The notes under the pieces are model-generated. The model was not told the DNA's origin. It ran no database searches and worked only from the letters and a program-made list of their open reading frames with translations. DNA of 64,000 nt from NCBI GenBank assembly GCA_964559555.1, contig CAZLHM010000005.1, forward strand, positions 8,188-72,187, written 5' to 3'. A program made the position numbers and the translations under genes. The DNA comes from an uncultured Candidatus Bathyarchaeia archaeon (GTDB lineage: Archaea; Thermoproteota; Bathyarchaeia; 40CM-2-53-6). Position 1 is the stretch's first letter. The number at the start of each line of letters is the position of its first letter. This document shows positions 38,044-48,041 of this stretch, one piece after another.

Positions 38044-39078
38044 CTAGGATCCCTCCAAAGGAAGCTTGACCACTCTCCCAGTCTTCGAGGACCGAATCGC
38101 CGCCAAGGCAATCTCGAGGCTCTTCCCTGCCTCCTCGCCGTTGGTCATCGGCTCCTTGTTCTCAAGAACACTGTCGACAAAATGCCGTATCTCTCGATAG
38201 TAAGGGTCGATCGGGAATGGCATCCCGGGAACAGATGGCAATGTCTCCGGACTAAGCTTCTCGACTTTGCCGTCTGACATGATCGTGATTGGGGCGACCG
38301 AGTGGTTGTCTACCGAGATGAAACCTTTCCTCCCGGCGATCTCGAAGTAGTAGGTAAACGGATATTGGGTCGGAACTGCCCAGCTTGCTTGAATGTGGGC
38401 GATTCCGTCATGCTCGAACCGTAGGATTATGAGGGCGTGGTCATCGCATATGCCCTTCTTGTGGACGAGCCTGCCGATTCTCGCATATACGTGCTTGACT
38501 CTGTCATCGAAACACCAACGCGTGAAGTCAATGTCGTGTATTGCCAAGTCGATTCCAACCCCTCCGCTCTTCTTTGGATCTGTGAACCAACTTCGCTCTC
38601 CCCATGTTGGCAGAGGTCCCGCCCTGAGTGCGCGCGATATGACGGGTTCGCCAACCGCGCCCTGTGAGACAAGTTCCTTGATCTTGGCGTATTCAGCGAA
38701 GAATCGAATACATTGAGCCACCATCAGCTTGACCCTGGCCTTGCGGGCGGCCACGATCATCTCATCGGCGTCTTTCAGCGTCAGCGCGAACGGTTTCTCA
38801 ACGATTACTTGCTTCCGGGCTTTGACGGCGTTCATTACGTGTTCCTTATGGGTGAATGTCGGCGTGCAGATGTCTACGATGTCGACATTCGTTTCTTTCA
38901 TTGCTCTGTCAAGATCGGAGAAGACTCTAGTTTTGAATTTCTTGGCTACGCGCTTGGCCCTGTTCGGATGTCTCGCCACCAACGCGACTGCTTTGGCTTC
39001 TGGAATCAATGACCAAGCATTCAGGTGAACTTCTCCCATGAAACCGTAGCCAACCACAACGACCCCCATTTTCTTCAA
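38044..39078 (-). CDS. Gfo/Idh/MocA oxidoreductase
   Basis: GYGFMG, CTPTFTH, VEKP, GGVGIDLAIHDID. TTG start follows a GGTGA SD. Confidence 0.9.
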   Translation of the reverse strand: MKKMGVVVVGYGFMGEVHLNAWSLIPEAKAVALVARHPNRAKRVAKKFKTRVFSDLDRAMKETNVDIVDICTPTFTHKEHVMNAVKARKQVIVEKPFALTLKDADEMIVAARKARVKLMVAQCIRFFAEYAKIKELVSQGAVGEPVISRALRAGPLPTWGERSWFTDPKKSGGVGIDLAIHDIDFTRWCFDDRVKHVYARIGRLVHKKGICDDHALIILRFEHDGIAHIQASWAVPTQYPFTYYFEIAGRKGFISVDNHSVAPITIMSDGKVEKLSPETLPSVPGMPFPIDPYYREIRHFVDSVLENKEPMTNGEEAGKSLEIALAAIRSSKTGRVVKLPLEGS

Positions 39079-39292
39079 CTTGTTCACCTGTCGATGAGAT
39101 CGATCTTCCCACCGCCTCACATTCTATATTACACTTTTCATGGGTGCTCCCGTTTCATTCTGTTGCTGCAGGAGTCTTCTGGCTGTCGGAGTGAACTAGC
39201 GTGATCAAACCAGCGATCTCGGATCGGGGAAAGGCCTGACCAAGACATCCTGCCACTTGATAATGAGCGAGGAACTGCTCGTTCATAAGCTG

Positions 39293-39307
39293 ACAAGTTT
39301 TTTATAT
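39293..39307 (+). promoter_or_regulatory. BRE/TATA promoter
   Basis: ACAAGTTTTTTATAT ~31 bp upstream of ATG 39339. Confidence 0.55.
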
Positions 39308-39338
39308 CCACCGGATCCGGTACTCTCCCGATTCTGAA

Positions 39339-40379
39339 ATGAACAAACTCAGAGTTGGGATAGAAGGCGCAGGTTGGGTCTCAGGAGAGCACATCAAAGC
39401 ATACAAGAACAATCCAAGCTGTCAAGTCGCCGCAATCTCGAGCCGAAAACTCGCAAGTGCCCAAAAGAAGGCCCAAGAGGCCGGTTTGACAGATGTGAAG
39501 TGCCTCACGGACTACGACGCGTTGCTCAAGGAAGTCGACGTCGTCTCGATCTGCACACCACAGAATCTGCATGCCGATGAGACCGTGAGAGCTGCCAATG
39601 CGGGTAAACACGTCCTTGTCGAGAAACCTATCTGCGTGACCCTTGAGGAACTGAAGGCAATGCGTGACGCGGTCAGGAAGAACAAAGTCAAGACGGTCGT
39701 AGGTTTCGTGTTGCGATGGAACCCGCTCTTCGAAACGATAAAGACCATGATCTCCGACGACGCGCTCGGAGACATCTACTACGTAGAAACTGATTACCAA
39801 TCCCACATAGCGGAATGGTGGTCCGGCTGGGAAGCGGTCAAACCAAAAGAGGTAGGCGTCAGCTCCTTCATAACCTCAGGTGTACACGCAGTCGATGCAA
39901 TGCGATGGTTTGCATGCAAGGAGAGATACAAGGCAGCCAAGATCATCGAGGTGACTGCTCTCGCTGGCGGTTACCGCAAAGATAGAAAGGACATGGACTG
40001 GTACGGCCTAGAAGTCATGCTAGTGAAGCTGGACACAGGAGGAATTGCGAAGGTCTGCTCAAACTTCGATTGCATCCAGCCCTACACATTCCAGATCGAA
40101 ATCTTCGGCGACAAGGGCACAGTGAAGAACAACAGAGTATGGTCGCACAAGTTCCCTGGACAGAAGGGATGGGTCGAGATCCCAACAATCCTACCCGATA
40201 GCGCAGAGGTGACGCATCACCCGTTCCAAGATGAGATCGACCATTTCATCGACTGCATACTCAAGGACAAGGAATCTCACTGCAACGTCGAGGATGCAGT
40301 GAACACGCACGAAGCCGCTTTTGCAGCCATGAAATCGGAACTAGAAGGTAGACCGGTAAAGCTTCCACTGCTGAGCTAA
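39339..40379 (+). CDS. Gfo/Idh/MocA oxidoreductase
   Basis: GAGWV, CTPQNLH, HVLVEKP, GVHAVD. Confidence 0.9.
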   Translation: MNKLRVGIEGAGWVSGEHIKAYKNNPSCQVAAISSRKLASAQKKAQEAGLTDVKCLTDYDALLKEVDVVSICTPQNLHADETVRAANAGKHVLVEKPICVTLEELKAMRDAVRKNKVKTVVGFVLRWNPLFETIKTMISDDALGDIYYVETDYQSHIAEWWSGWEAVKPKEVGVSSFITSGVHAVDAMRWFACKERYKAAKIIEVTALAGGYRKDRKDMDWYGLEVMLVKLDTGGIAKVCSNFDCIQPYTFQIEIFGDKGTVKNNRVWSHKFPGQKGWVEIPTILPDSAEVTHHPFQDEIDHFIDCILKDKESHCNVEDAVNTHEAAFAAMKSELEGRPVKLPLLS

Positions 40380-40448
40380 CTCAACGTCACCGAATTGTCC
40401 GAATGCCGGAAGTCCGGTGCACATCTCGCTAGTGTTGATGCTGCAGAT

Positions 40449-40661
40449 TCAGAGCATTCCAGCTTTCCTTCGCAGAACGTCAAGCTGCCAAGGCTCGATT
40501 CTTCCTCTGCCCGCCATCCAATCAGAGATCGTCTGCGGCGTGACTTTCAGCTCCGATGCTAGATCATTCAGCACGTCATCTATGGATGGACCAGGTTTTG
40601 GAACAAGCGCCAATATGTTTCTTATGCAAATGCTGACCTCTTTGTAGGTCTCGTAGCTCAT
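40449..40661 (-). CDS. Small XRE/Cro-like helix-turn-helix protein
   Basis: LASELKVTPQTISDWMAG matches an HTH. It lies 17 bp downstream of the D-aminoacylase gene on the same strand. Confidence 0.6.
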   Translation of the reverse strand: MSYETYKEVSICIRNILALVPKPGPSIDDVLNDLASELKVTPQTISDWMAGRGRIEPWQLDVLRRKAGML

Positions 40662-40678
40662 TGTTTGACACCAACTTG

Positions 40679-42364
40679 CTACATGATAGAGAAGTGACTG
40701 AACTTCACATCCTCAAGCGAAGCATGTTGGCGAGAAGGAAACCTGAGCGGCCTCCCGGCAGCTATGCCGGTGTGCTTGCCGTTCTCGACGACGAGTCTTC
40801 CATTTACTATGACATGTGAGATCCCTTTCGGGTACTGGGCTGGCAACTCAAACGTGGCCGTGTCCTCGATCGTTTCCGGATCGAAGACTACAAGATCAGC
40901 GAAGGCGCCTTCAGCCAATACCCCTCTGTCGCGCAGGCCAAGTCTCTTGGCGGTCTTACCTGTCATCTTGTGCACAGCCTCTTGCAAGGACAGCATCCTC
41001 TTCTCCCTCACATATCTTGCGAGAACTCTCGGGAAGGAACCGTAGGCTCGTGGATGCGGCCTTCCACCGGTCACTGGTCCAGTGGGAGCGACGGTCCACA
41101 TGTCCGTGCAGAAGACAACCTCAGGGTGCCTCATTATTCTCTCCAGATCCTCATCATGTGCGTAGAAATCGACCATGATGGCGTTCGGATCATTAGAGAT
41201 AATGTCGAACATGATCTCGTACGGATCCTTACCGGTCTCCTTGCTCATCTGAGAGAGACTCTTCCCCTCGAACTGCTTGTCGGGCTCGTGTCTGGTGTAG
41301 CTGAGAACGATATTCTCCAATCCGCAACTTGCGACCACGTTCTCCCAACCGGAGCTCGCGTCATAGGTGACAGAAAGCGTGTTAGTCTCAACGTCGTGCC
41401 TAATCCTCGCTCTGGTCAAGTTGTCCCTCAATCGTTCAACAAGAGCATCTACTCCACCCTCCAAACTCCAAGGAGGAAGTGTCTGCCGCAGAACAGTAGA
41501 ACCTGCAGGATACGGATACTGGTCACCACTGACATCCACTCCTCTCCTCCTAGCATCATCGATGATTTCCAGAGCCTGCAAACTTCGCCCCCAGTTTCTC
41601 TTGCCCACCGATTTGAGATGGGAGATGTGAACGGGCAAATGCGCATGTTCGCCGACCGCTATGGTCTCCTTGATCGAGTCAAGCAAGATGTCTGCTTCTC
41701 CCCTCATGTGCGAAGCATATATGCCGCCGAACTTGCCGGCAACGGCTGCCAATTCGACAAGCTCATTGAGATCTGCGAAGCATCCTGGAGGATAGACCAA
41801 ACCTGAGCTGAGTCCAGCCGCGCCATCTTTCATCGCTTGTGCCACCATGTTCTTCATCGTATCCAGCTCTTTGTCTGTGGGTGCCCTCGGCTCGAACCCC
41901 ATGACGGAAGTTCTCACAGTTCCGTGGCCGACGAGCTGAACGATGTTGATGCCTATCTTGGCTCTCTCAAGTGCCTGAAAGAACTCCTCCACACTCGACC
42001 AGTCCCAAGCATACTCCTGACCGAAAAGAAATGCTCCAAGATACTGCTTGACCTCTTGCAGTCTCTCCTTGTCAATTGGGGCGAGACTCATTCCACAATT
42101 GCCGGCAACTTCAGTCGTGATTCCTTGGTGAATCTTGCAATATGAGAAGGGATTTGCCAGAAGCGTGAAATCCGCATGCGAATGCATGTCAATGAAGCCT
42201 GGAGCGACCACTCGTCCAGACGCATCGATCCTGAAGTCCGATGGCTCATTGCTCAGGTGCCGGACGGTTACTATTTTCTCGTTCTGGATCGCGACATCTG
42301 CCCAGATGGGAGCAGACCCAGTTCCGTCTAGCACTCGCCCGTTCTCTATCACTATGTCGTACAT
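40679..42364 (-). CDS. N-acyl-D-amino-acid deacylase (D-aminoacylase) family
   Basis: PGFIDMHSH, GNCG, SHMR, ISHLK, YPYPAGST, HPRAYGSFPR. Confidence 0.92.
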   Translation of the reverse strand: MYDIVIENGRVLDGTGSAPIWADVAIQNEKIVTVRHLSNEPSDFRIDASGRVVAPGFIDMHSHADFTLLANPFSYCKIHQGITTEVAGNCGMSLAPIDKERLQEVKQYLGAFLFGQEYAWDWSSVEEFFQALERAKIGINIVQLVGHGTVRTSVMGFEPRAPTDKELDTMKNMVAQAMKDGAAGLSSGLVYPPGCFADLNELVELAAVAGKFGGIYASHMRGEADILLDSIKETIAVGEHAHLPVHISHLKSVGKRNWGRSLQALEIIDDARRRGVDVSGDQYPYPAGSTVLRQTLPPWSLEGGVDALVERLRDNLTRARIRHDVETNTLSVTYDASSGWENVVASCGLENIVLSYTRHEPDKQFEGKSLSQMSKETGKDPYEIMFDIISNDPNAIMVDFYAHDEDLERIMRHPEVVFCTDMWTVAPTGPVTGGRPHPRAYGSFPRVLARYVREKRMLSLQEAVHKMTGKTAKRLGLRDRGVLAEGAFADLVVFDPETIEDTATFELPAQYPKGISHVIVNGRLVVENGKHTGIAAGRPLRFPSRQHASLEDVKFSHFSIM

Positions 42365-42400
42365 CTCAGAACAGCTCAGCGTGTTTCTTGGAAGGCTTTG

Positions 42401-43390
42401 CTAGGGCTTCCTCTTCTTGAAATATGGAATCACCTTCTGTCTGAAGACCCTGATAGTCTCCTTCGGGTCAGGGCTGAAGTCCGTAAAGATTAGCTCAGAT
42501 GCCCCAACGCTCCTGTATCGATCGATCGCATCAATCACTTCCTCAGGAGTCCTGCTGAGGTGATAGTTCTCCCAGATCATTTCGTCAGTCACGCGCGACT
42601 GCGACTCCTCTATCTTCTTTGGATCCTCCTCGTTGAAGTTCTCGAGGATTATGGAGCCGACGTGCACTTTGCGGATTTTGCGGATTGCACCCTCGATGTC
42701 TTTGACCCCTCCTGCTATGAGAACAGCCTTGCCCATCGTCTTTGGATCCTTTCCAGCCTCTCTCGCGCCCTTCTCGAACTCGGGAAAGATAGTATCCCTA
42801 CACTTCTGCCAAGTATTCACCGTCATCAAGTGGTCGGCGTACTTCCCAGCACGGAAGGCAGCCTTTGGACCAATTGCCGAGAAATAGATCGGAACGGGTT
42901 TCTTGGGCTTGACATAGAGCATAACCTTCTCCATCGAGAAGTGCTTTCCATGAAAATCGAAGAAGTCATCATTCCTGAACAGCGCTCTGATAAACTCAAG
43001 AGCCTCGACGAGGCGATCCGTTCGTTCTTTCCAACTGGGCCAATATCTCATGAATCTCTTTTCGCTCATCGCCTCGCCACTGCCCACGCCGAGAAGAACT
43101 CTTCCCGGATACATTGTCGCGAGCGTGCCCACCGCTTGGGCCACTATGGCAGGATGATATCTACCCCCTATTGGAACAGTCACATCCACACCAATCGGGA
43201 TATTCTTCGTTCGTTCCGCGACCGTAGCCATCACAGACCACACAAAGAAACTGTGCTTGAAGGAGTGATGCCAAGGCAGAAAATGGTCACCAAACCAAGC
43301 AGAATCAAAACCAGCTTTCTCCGAAAGCTTCACTGTCTCAAAAGCGTAGGCAGGATCAGTCCAAAATGAAACATCGATTCCAATCTTCAT
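42401..43390 (-). CDS. F420-dependent LLM oxidoreductase (second)
   Basis: GDHFLPW, RYHPAIVAQ, GSGEAMSE. Confidence 0.85.
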   Translation of the reverse strand: MKIGIDVSFWTDPAYAFETVKLSEKAGFDSAWFGDHFLPWHHSFKHSFFVWSVMATVAERTKNIPIGVDVTVPIGGRYHPAIVAQAVGTLATMYPGRVLLGVGSGEAMSEKRFMRYWPSWKERTDRLVEALEFIRALFRNDDFFDFHGKHFSMEKVMLYVKPKKPVPIYFSAIGPKAAFRAGKYADHLMTVNTWQKCRDTIFPEFEKGAREAGKDPKTMGKAVLIAGGVKDIEGAIRKIRKVHVGSIILENFNEEDPKKIEESQSRVTDEMIWENYHLSRTPEEVIDAIDRYRSVGASELIFTDFSPDPKETIRVFRQKVIPYFKKRKP

Positions 43391-43488
43391 CTCTTAGCCC
43401 ACCACTTGGAATCGAATCTGACAGCCTCAAAATACTCTTATATGCTCTTGGGAGCGCTAACCTCACTTCAAATCTTGAGGAAACTTTC

Positions 43489-44739
43489 TTGATCTCAAAA
43501 ATCAATGCAGGCATCTATCTTCACCCGTGGGATGTTGTTGATGAAGGTCCTGAGCAAGTCTTCTCGCGCATTAGCGACGCCGGACTGAAGCATGTGAATC
43601 TCGCTACAAGTTATCACTGTGGGCGTTACTTGCTTCCACACAACCCTAGGAGGAAAATGTACTCGGCAGAGGAAGGGGTCGTCTATTTTCCACCAGACGA
43701 GAAATACTTCAAAGACACTGTTCTGAAGCCCAAGCAGAGTAGCCAGTTCCCTGACATCGACATCGTAGCTCTCACCACACGCGAGGCGAAGAAACACGGG
43801 GTGGGCGTAAACAGCTGGACAGTCACACTTCACAACTACAGACTGGGAGAGGCTCATCCCGAGCTGGCCATGGTGAACGCGTACGGCGATGTCGATCACA
43901 ATTTCCTTTGCGGGAACAAGCCTGATTCAAGGAAGTTCATTGTGGGTCTGGTTCGGAATCTCGCCGAGGAGTATGATCTTGAAGCTATGATGCTCGAATC
44001 GGCGGGCTACTGCTGGGGCCTAGAACATGGCGGCCATCATGAGATGCTGGGCACTCAGATTGAACCATTCACCTCTGACCTGATGAACATCTGCTTCTGC
44101 GACAACTGTATGGTCAAGATGAGGGAAGAAGGCCTTCAACCAGATCGAATGCGAGAACTCGTTAGGTCGATCGCGGACATCAGCATAGACACACCGACCA
44201 ATATCCTACGCAGTGTCCCTATCGTGGAGATGTTGAGGAACTCGTACGTGCTAACGGCAGACATCGAGGGACTGCACAAACTCCTCAGCTTCAAACGAGC
44301 GATGGTGAATTCCCTCTTCAAAGAGGTGAAGGAGACCCTCAAGGCCTCGAATCCCAACGTCAACCTTCGAGTGATCACGGCAGGCGGCTTCACCGGTGGC
44401 GGGAGCGGAGTCATGGGAAGAGGATCAGAAGGCGTCAACCTTCACGAACTGGCAGAGATTGTCGATGGGATCGACTTCATTGACTACGTCTCCGAACCAG
44501 AATTGGTGTACTACCATGTTCAATGGGCAAAATTTGAGGTGGGGGACTGTCCGATCTATGTAGCTCTACGGCCAAGCTTCCCCACGTTGTTCACCAAGGA
44601 GACGATCGAAGCTGAGGTTATCTCAGCACTAGAGGCGGGAGCGAGCGGCGTCGAGTTCTATAATTATGGTTGGACGAGCCTTAGGAACTTGGGGTGGGTG
44701 AAGCACAGTCTCAAGAATGCATCCTCACGTCTGTCCTGA
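43489..44739 (+). CDS. Uncharacterised glycoside-hydrolase-like TIM-barrel protein
   Basis: YLHPWD, LATSYH, LCGNKP, LES, CFCDNC, FYNYG. TTG start at 43489. The family assignment is an inference. Confidence 0.55.
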   Translation: MISKINAGIYLHPWDVVDEGPEQVFSRISDAGLKHVNLATSYHCGRYLLPHNPRRKMYSAEEGVVYFPPDEKYFKDTVLKPKQSSQFPDIDIVALTTREAKKHGVGVNSWTVTLHNYRLGEAHPELAMVNAYGDVDHNFLCGNKPDSRKFIVGLVRNLAEEYDLEAMMLESAGYCWGLEHGGHHEMLGTQIEPFTSDLMNICFCDNCMVKMREEGLQPDRMRELVRSIADISIDTPTNILRSVPIVEMLRNSYVLTADIEGLHKLLSFKRAMVNSLFKEVKETLKASNPNVNLRVITAGGFTGGGSGVMGRGSEGVNLHELAEIVDGIDFIDYVSEPELVYYHVQWAKFEVGDCPIYVALRPSFPTLFTKETIEAEVISALEAGASGVEFYNYGWTSLRNLGWVKHSLKNASSRLS

Positions 44740-44812
44740 GTCGCATCAGTGCCGAGCAGAGCATCAGATCTGTTGAACACCATTCAGCGTAGCTCGTACG
44801 AGCAAGCACCAA

Positions 44813-45580
44813 TCAAGCAGTAGCGTGCTTGACTGCCTGCACCAGTGCATCAACCATCATGTTCAAAATCTTCTCGCCTTTTTCCTTGGAAGCGATTGTC
44901 GCGTCGCCGACGATTCCGGTCTTCGTATCTCTTCCCAAGAACTTCTCCGTTGTGAATACCCTGAGCCACTCCAAGAAGTTCGGGGTCGTCAAACCTTTCG
45001 GCAGACCGGACGGAATCTCCTTTGGCGCCTTCTTCATGTCCACCAATTCTGGTCGTAGAAGAAGCAGAAGAGATGTCTCCAATTCCTCGGCGTGCAGGAA
45101 TATCTCTTCCTGCAGAACCTGCCCGAGAACCTCCACGGGCAGAATAGAGTACGGCGAGATATTGTGTACCCTCGGGAATCCGGACGGGTTGGTCACGTTC
45201 AAGTCGTAGGAAACGTCATTCAGTTGGAAGAGATGACCAGCATGACCTGTCAACAGCACGACGTGCTTGACACCGTTCATCGACAGGCTCCTCACCATGT
45301 CTCGAATCACATGACCAAGGGTCTCGGCTGAGAGGCTCACCGTTCCAGTGCGAGGAAAATGGTCTTCAGAGAAACCATACGGAAGCAGTGGGAGAACCAG
45401 CGCACCGGTGCGTTCGGCAACTCGTTTCGCGAGCTCCCATGTGACTATGTGGTCAGTTCCTGTGGGTAGATGCGGCCCGTGCTGCTCGGTGCTGCCGATT
45501 GGAACGATGACTACCCTTGCTTTCGCGATCTGTTGTTTGAGATCCGGGGAGGATCTCTCTCCCCAAAGTTGATTGTTCAT
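44813..45580 (-). CDS. Creatininase-family amidohydrolase
   Basis: PIGSTEQHGPHLPTGTD, SEDH, GHAGH, HAEELETS. Confidence 0.88.
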   Translation of the reverse strand: MNNQLWGERSSPDLKQQIAKARVVIVPIGSTEQHGPHLPTGTDHIVTWELAKRVAERTGALVLPLLPYGFSEDHFPRTGTVSLSAETLGHVIRDMVRSLSMNGVKHVVLLTGHAGHLFQLNDVSYDLNVTNPSGFPRVHNISPYSILPVEVLGQVLQEEIFLHAEELETSLLLLLRPELVDMKKAPKEIPSGLPKGLTTPNFLEWLRVFTTEKFLGRDTKTGIVGDATIASKEKGEKILNMMVDALVQAVKHATA

Positions 45581-45701
45581 GAGTATCACCCAGCAAGCGG
45601 GTGCATAGCACTACTTAACGCTTGTTTCGCGATTGTCGAGCGAGGCGTGACTGTTATGATGAACGCACAGCCCTGAGCGGCAAGTGAACTACTCGGATCA
45701 T

Positions 45702-46559
45702 CTATGCTAGGAGCGCTTCGAGTGCCTCTTTTGACTTCCTCAGGCCGGATTCAGGATTCTTCGCGTAGAATATCTCTGGCACGAGGTAGCCTTCCCAGCC
45801 CCTCTGTTTCAGGAAGTCTATGCATTTCTTGAAGTCAATCGTGCCCATCCCGATCGGGAGATGATAGGCGTATGAGCCGTCATTGTCCGAGACGTGTATG
45901 CAGTTGCACAGGTAGCCGTGAAGCATCTCGAGGTATTCCATGGGTGGGAAGATCACGTTTGCATTGGCTATGTCCAAGTAGACCTTCACGTATTCGGACC
46001 CCACTTGCTGCACAATCTTCAGCAATTCCTCAGGGCGGTCGATGAAATTGCACACGACTGCGTTCTCAACGCCGAGGCATACGCCTACTTCTTCGGCGTG
46101 CTTCGCGCATTCCCTCAGAGACTCGACAGCTCTCTCCCAGTGGTTTCTAAACGAGGATCGCGAGGACATCAGATTCGGCTCTTCCAGAGCGCCTGCTAGG
46201 CAAAGGACAACATCAGATTCAAGATCACTCGCAACATCCAGAGCCGTATTGTAGAATCTCACTGAGTCTCTCCGCTTCTTGCTGCTCGGATGTGCGAGGT
46301 TGTACCTGAACTCGAATACCTTCCATTGTCTGACTTTGAAGAACGGATCGGGGAGTATTGCTGCAACGTCGAAGCCGTACTGATTGATTGATTCCTTGAT
46401 CCTCTTGCGCTCACCAGGTTTCAGCAGCTTCTGCCACAGGTCTTTCCAATCACACCAAAGCTCCATGGCCTCGAATCCTATTTCTGATGCAAACTTCATG
46501 TAGTCATCGTAGCGACGACCGAAAAGCGAGAAACTGCCTGTTTCAAAAGCAAGCTTCAA
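45702..46559 (-). CDS. Sugar isomerase/epimerase TIM barrel (ketose 3-epimerase-like)
   Basis: GVEN, YLDIAN, IHVSDN, HLPIGMG, PE. Confidence 0.82.
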   Translation of the reverse strand: MKLAFETGSFSLFGRRYDDYMKFASEIGFEAMELWCDWKDLWQKLLKPGERKRIKESINQYGFDVAAILPDPFFKVRQWKVFEFRYNLAHPSSKKRRDSVRFYNTALDVASDLESDVVLCLAGALEEPNLMSSRSSFRNHWERAVESLRECAKHAEEVGVCLGVENAVVCNFIDRPEELLKIVQQVGSEYVKVYLDIANANVIFPPMEYLEMLHGYLCNCIHVSDNDGSYAYHLPIGMGTIDFKKCIDFLKQRGWEGYLVPEIFYAKNPESGLRKSKEALEALLA

Positions 46560-46682
46560 TCAAGATCTCCTCATGACATCACGAGTCGAAGCATGTTAAA
46601 GCACCATGTCTCTGACGAGTATGCGCACTCTACCTTCGTGAATCTTTATATTGGTTTTCTATGCCGTTTGCGTTCGACTGGG

Positions 46683-47972
46683 TTGGTGAAGACAATCTCT
46701 CAGGAATTGTACGAGAGAGCTGTGAAGGTTCTTCCCGCCGGAGTGACAAGACCGCTTCGATATTACGCTCCTTTTCCCTTCTACGCGAAGAAAGCATATT
46801 CGAGCAAACTCGTTGACTTCGAGGACAATGTCTACTCGGACTTCTGGATGGGACATGGTGCCCTCATCTTGGGGCATATGCATCCAGTCATAGTCGATGT
46901 GGTTAAGCAGCAACTTGAACTCGGATTCCATGTGGGAGTCTGCAATGAATGGGAAGTCAAACTCGCTGAACAGGTTGCGAAACTTGTTCCTAGCGTGGAG
47001 ATGGTCACCTTCAACAATAGCGGCAACGAAGCTAACATGCATGCGTTGAAACTCGCAAGGACCTACACAAAGAGACAGAAGATCGGAAAGTTCGAAGGGC
47101 ACTTTCATGGAGTGCTTGAGCCACTGTTTGTTGGCGTCAGTTCATCAACCAACAGAGCAGAGTCCGCAGGTCACGATATCTTCTCTGGCAAGAACACGAT
47201 TGTGCTTCCCTTCCATGATCCCGACGCAACCTACAGGACGATCAAGAGAAGGCGCATGGCATGCGTCATAGTGGAATTGGTCGTTGGAGGTGCCTCTGTC
47301 CCGGCTGACAAGGAATTCGTCAAGGGCTTGAGGGAAGTCTGCGATGATACAGACACCGTGCTGATTTTTGATGAGGTCATTACCGGATTCAGACTGGCTC
47401 CTGGAGGAGCTCAACAAGCATTTGGAGTCACGCCGGACCTAACGACATTTGGGAAAGCGATTGGGGGAGGAGAGTTCCCAGTCGGAGGACTGGGTGGAAA
47501 GGCCGAGATAATGGAGTTGATGAATCACCTCAAGCATCCAAAGCATTCGGAACTCGTCGTTCGTGGCGGCACGTACGTTGGAAATCCGCTCGTCATGCAC
47601 GCGGGCTACGAAGCTGCCAGAGTTTATGAAGAAGGAAGCCTCTACGACCACATAGACAGGCTCGGTGACAGGCTGATCAAGGGGTTTCAAGAAGCTGTCG
47701 ATGATACCCACGCAAACGCGCATGTCACAGGATATCATTCAATTGCGAAGGTGCATTTCCTGAAACGCAAGGTCAAGGCCACTCATCTGAGGTCACTCAT
47801 AACGAACGTGGATCCCCAAGCCGAGAAGAATTATTTCCATCACCTGATTTCGAACGGAATACTGGCCATGATCCCAAGTGAGGTGCATTTCTACGTTTCA
47901 CTTCCACATACAGAACAAGAGATTGAACAAACGATCGCGGCGACGCGGGACTTCCTGAAGGCACTCAAGTAG
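46683..47972 (+). CDS. Class III aminotransferase, glutamate-1-semialdehyde aminomutase-like
   Basis: NSGNEA, FEGHFHG, FDEVITGFR, FGKAIGGG. Start placed at TTG 46683 downstream of TTTATA. Confidence 0.85.
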   Translation: MVKTISQELYERAVKVLPAGVTRPLRYYAPFPFYAKKAYSSKLVDFEDNVYSDFWMGHGALILGHMHPVIVDVVKQQLELGFHVGVCNEWEVKLAEQVAKLVPSVEMVTFNNSGNEANMHALKLARTYTKRQKIGKFEGHFHGVLEPLFVGVSSSTNRAESAGHDIFSGKNTIVLPFHDPDATYRTIKRRRMACVIVELVVGGASVPADKEFVKGLREVCDDTDTVLIFDEVITGFRLAPGGAQQAFGVTPDLTTFGKAIGGGEFPVGGLGGKAEIMELMNHLKHPKHSELVVRGGTYVGNPLVMHAGYEAARVYEEGSLYDHIDRLGDRLIKGFQEAVDDTHANAHVTGYHSIAKVHFLKRKVKATHLRSLITNVDPQAEKNYFHHLISNGILAMIPSEVHFYVSLPHTEQEIEQTIAATRDFLKALK

Positions 47973-48041
47973 TACGATGACTACCATAGAGTACGGTATT
48001 TGCCAAGGCGCGATTGGTGTAATGTAGCTCGTCAAGGCTTT

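Noticed and set aside
39225-39257. Cobalamin-riboswitch-like GGGAA...CCTGCCAC
   Set aside because: Only a loose resemblance to the B12 box. The core stems are missing and the flanking genes are sugar dehydrogenases.
45656-45676. C/D-box sRNA-like ATGATGA-N10-CTGA
   Set aside because: There is no convincing C' box or terminal D box downstream, and I could not match the guide perfectly to an rRNA or tRNA target. A snoscan-type search would be needed.
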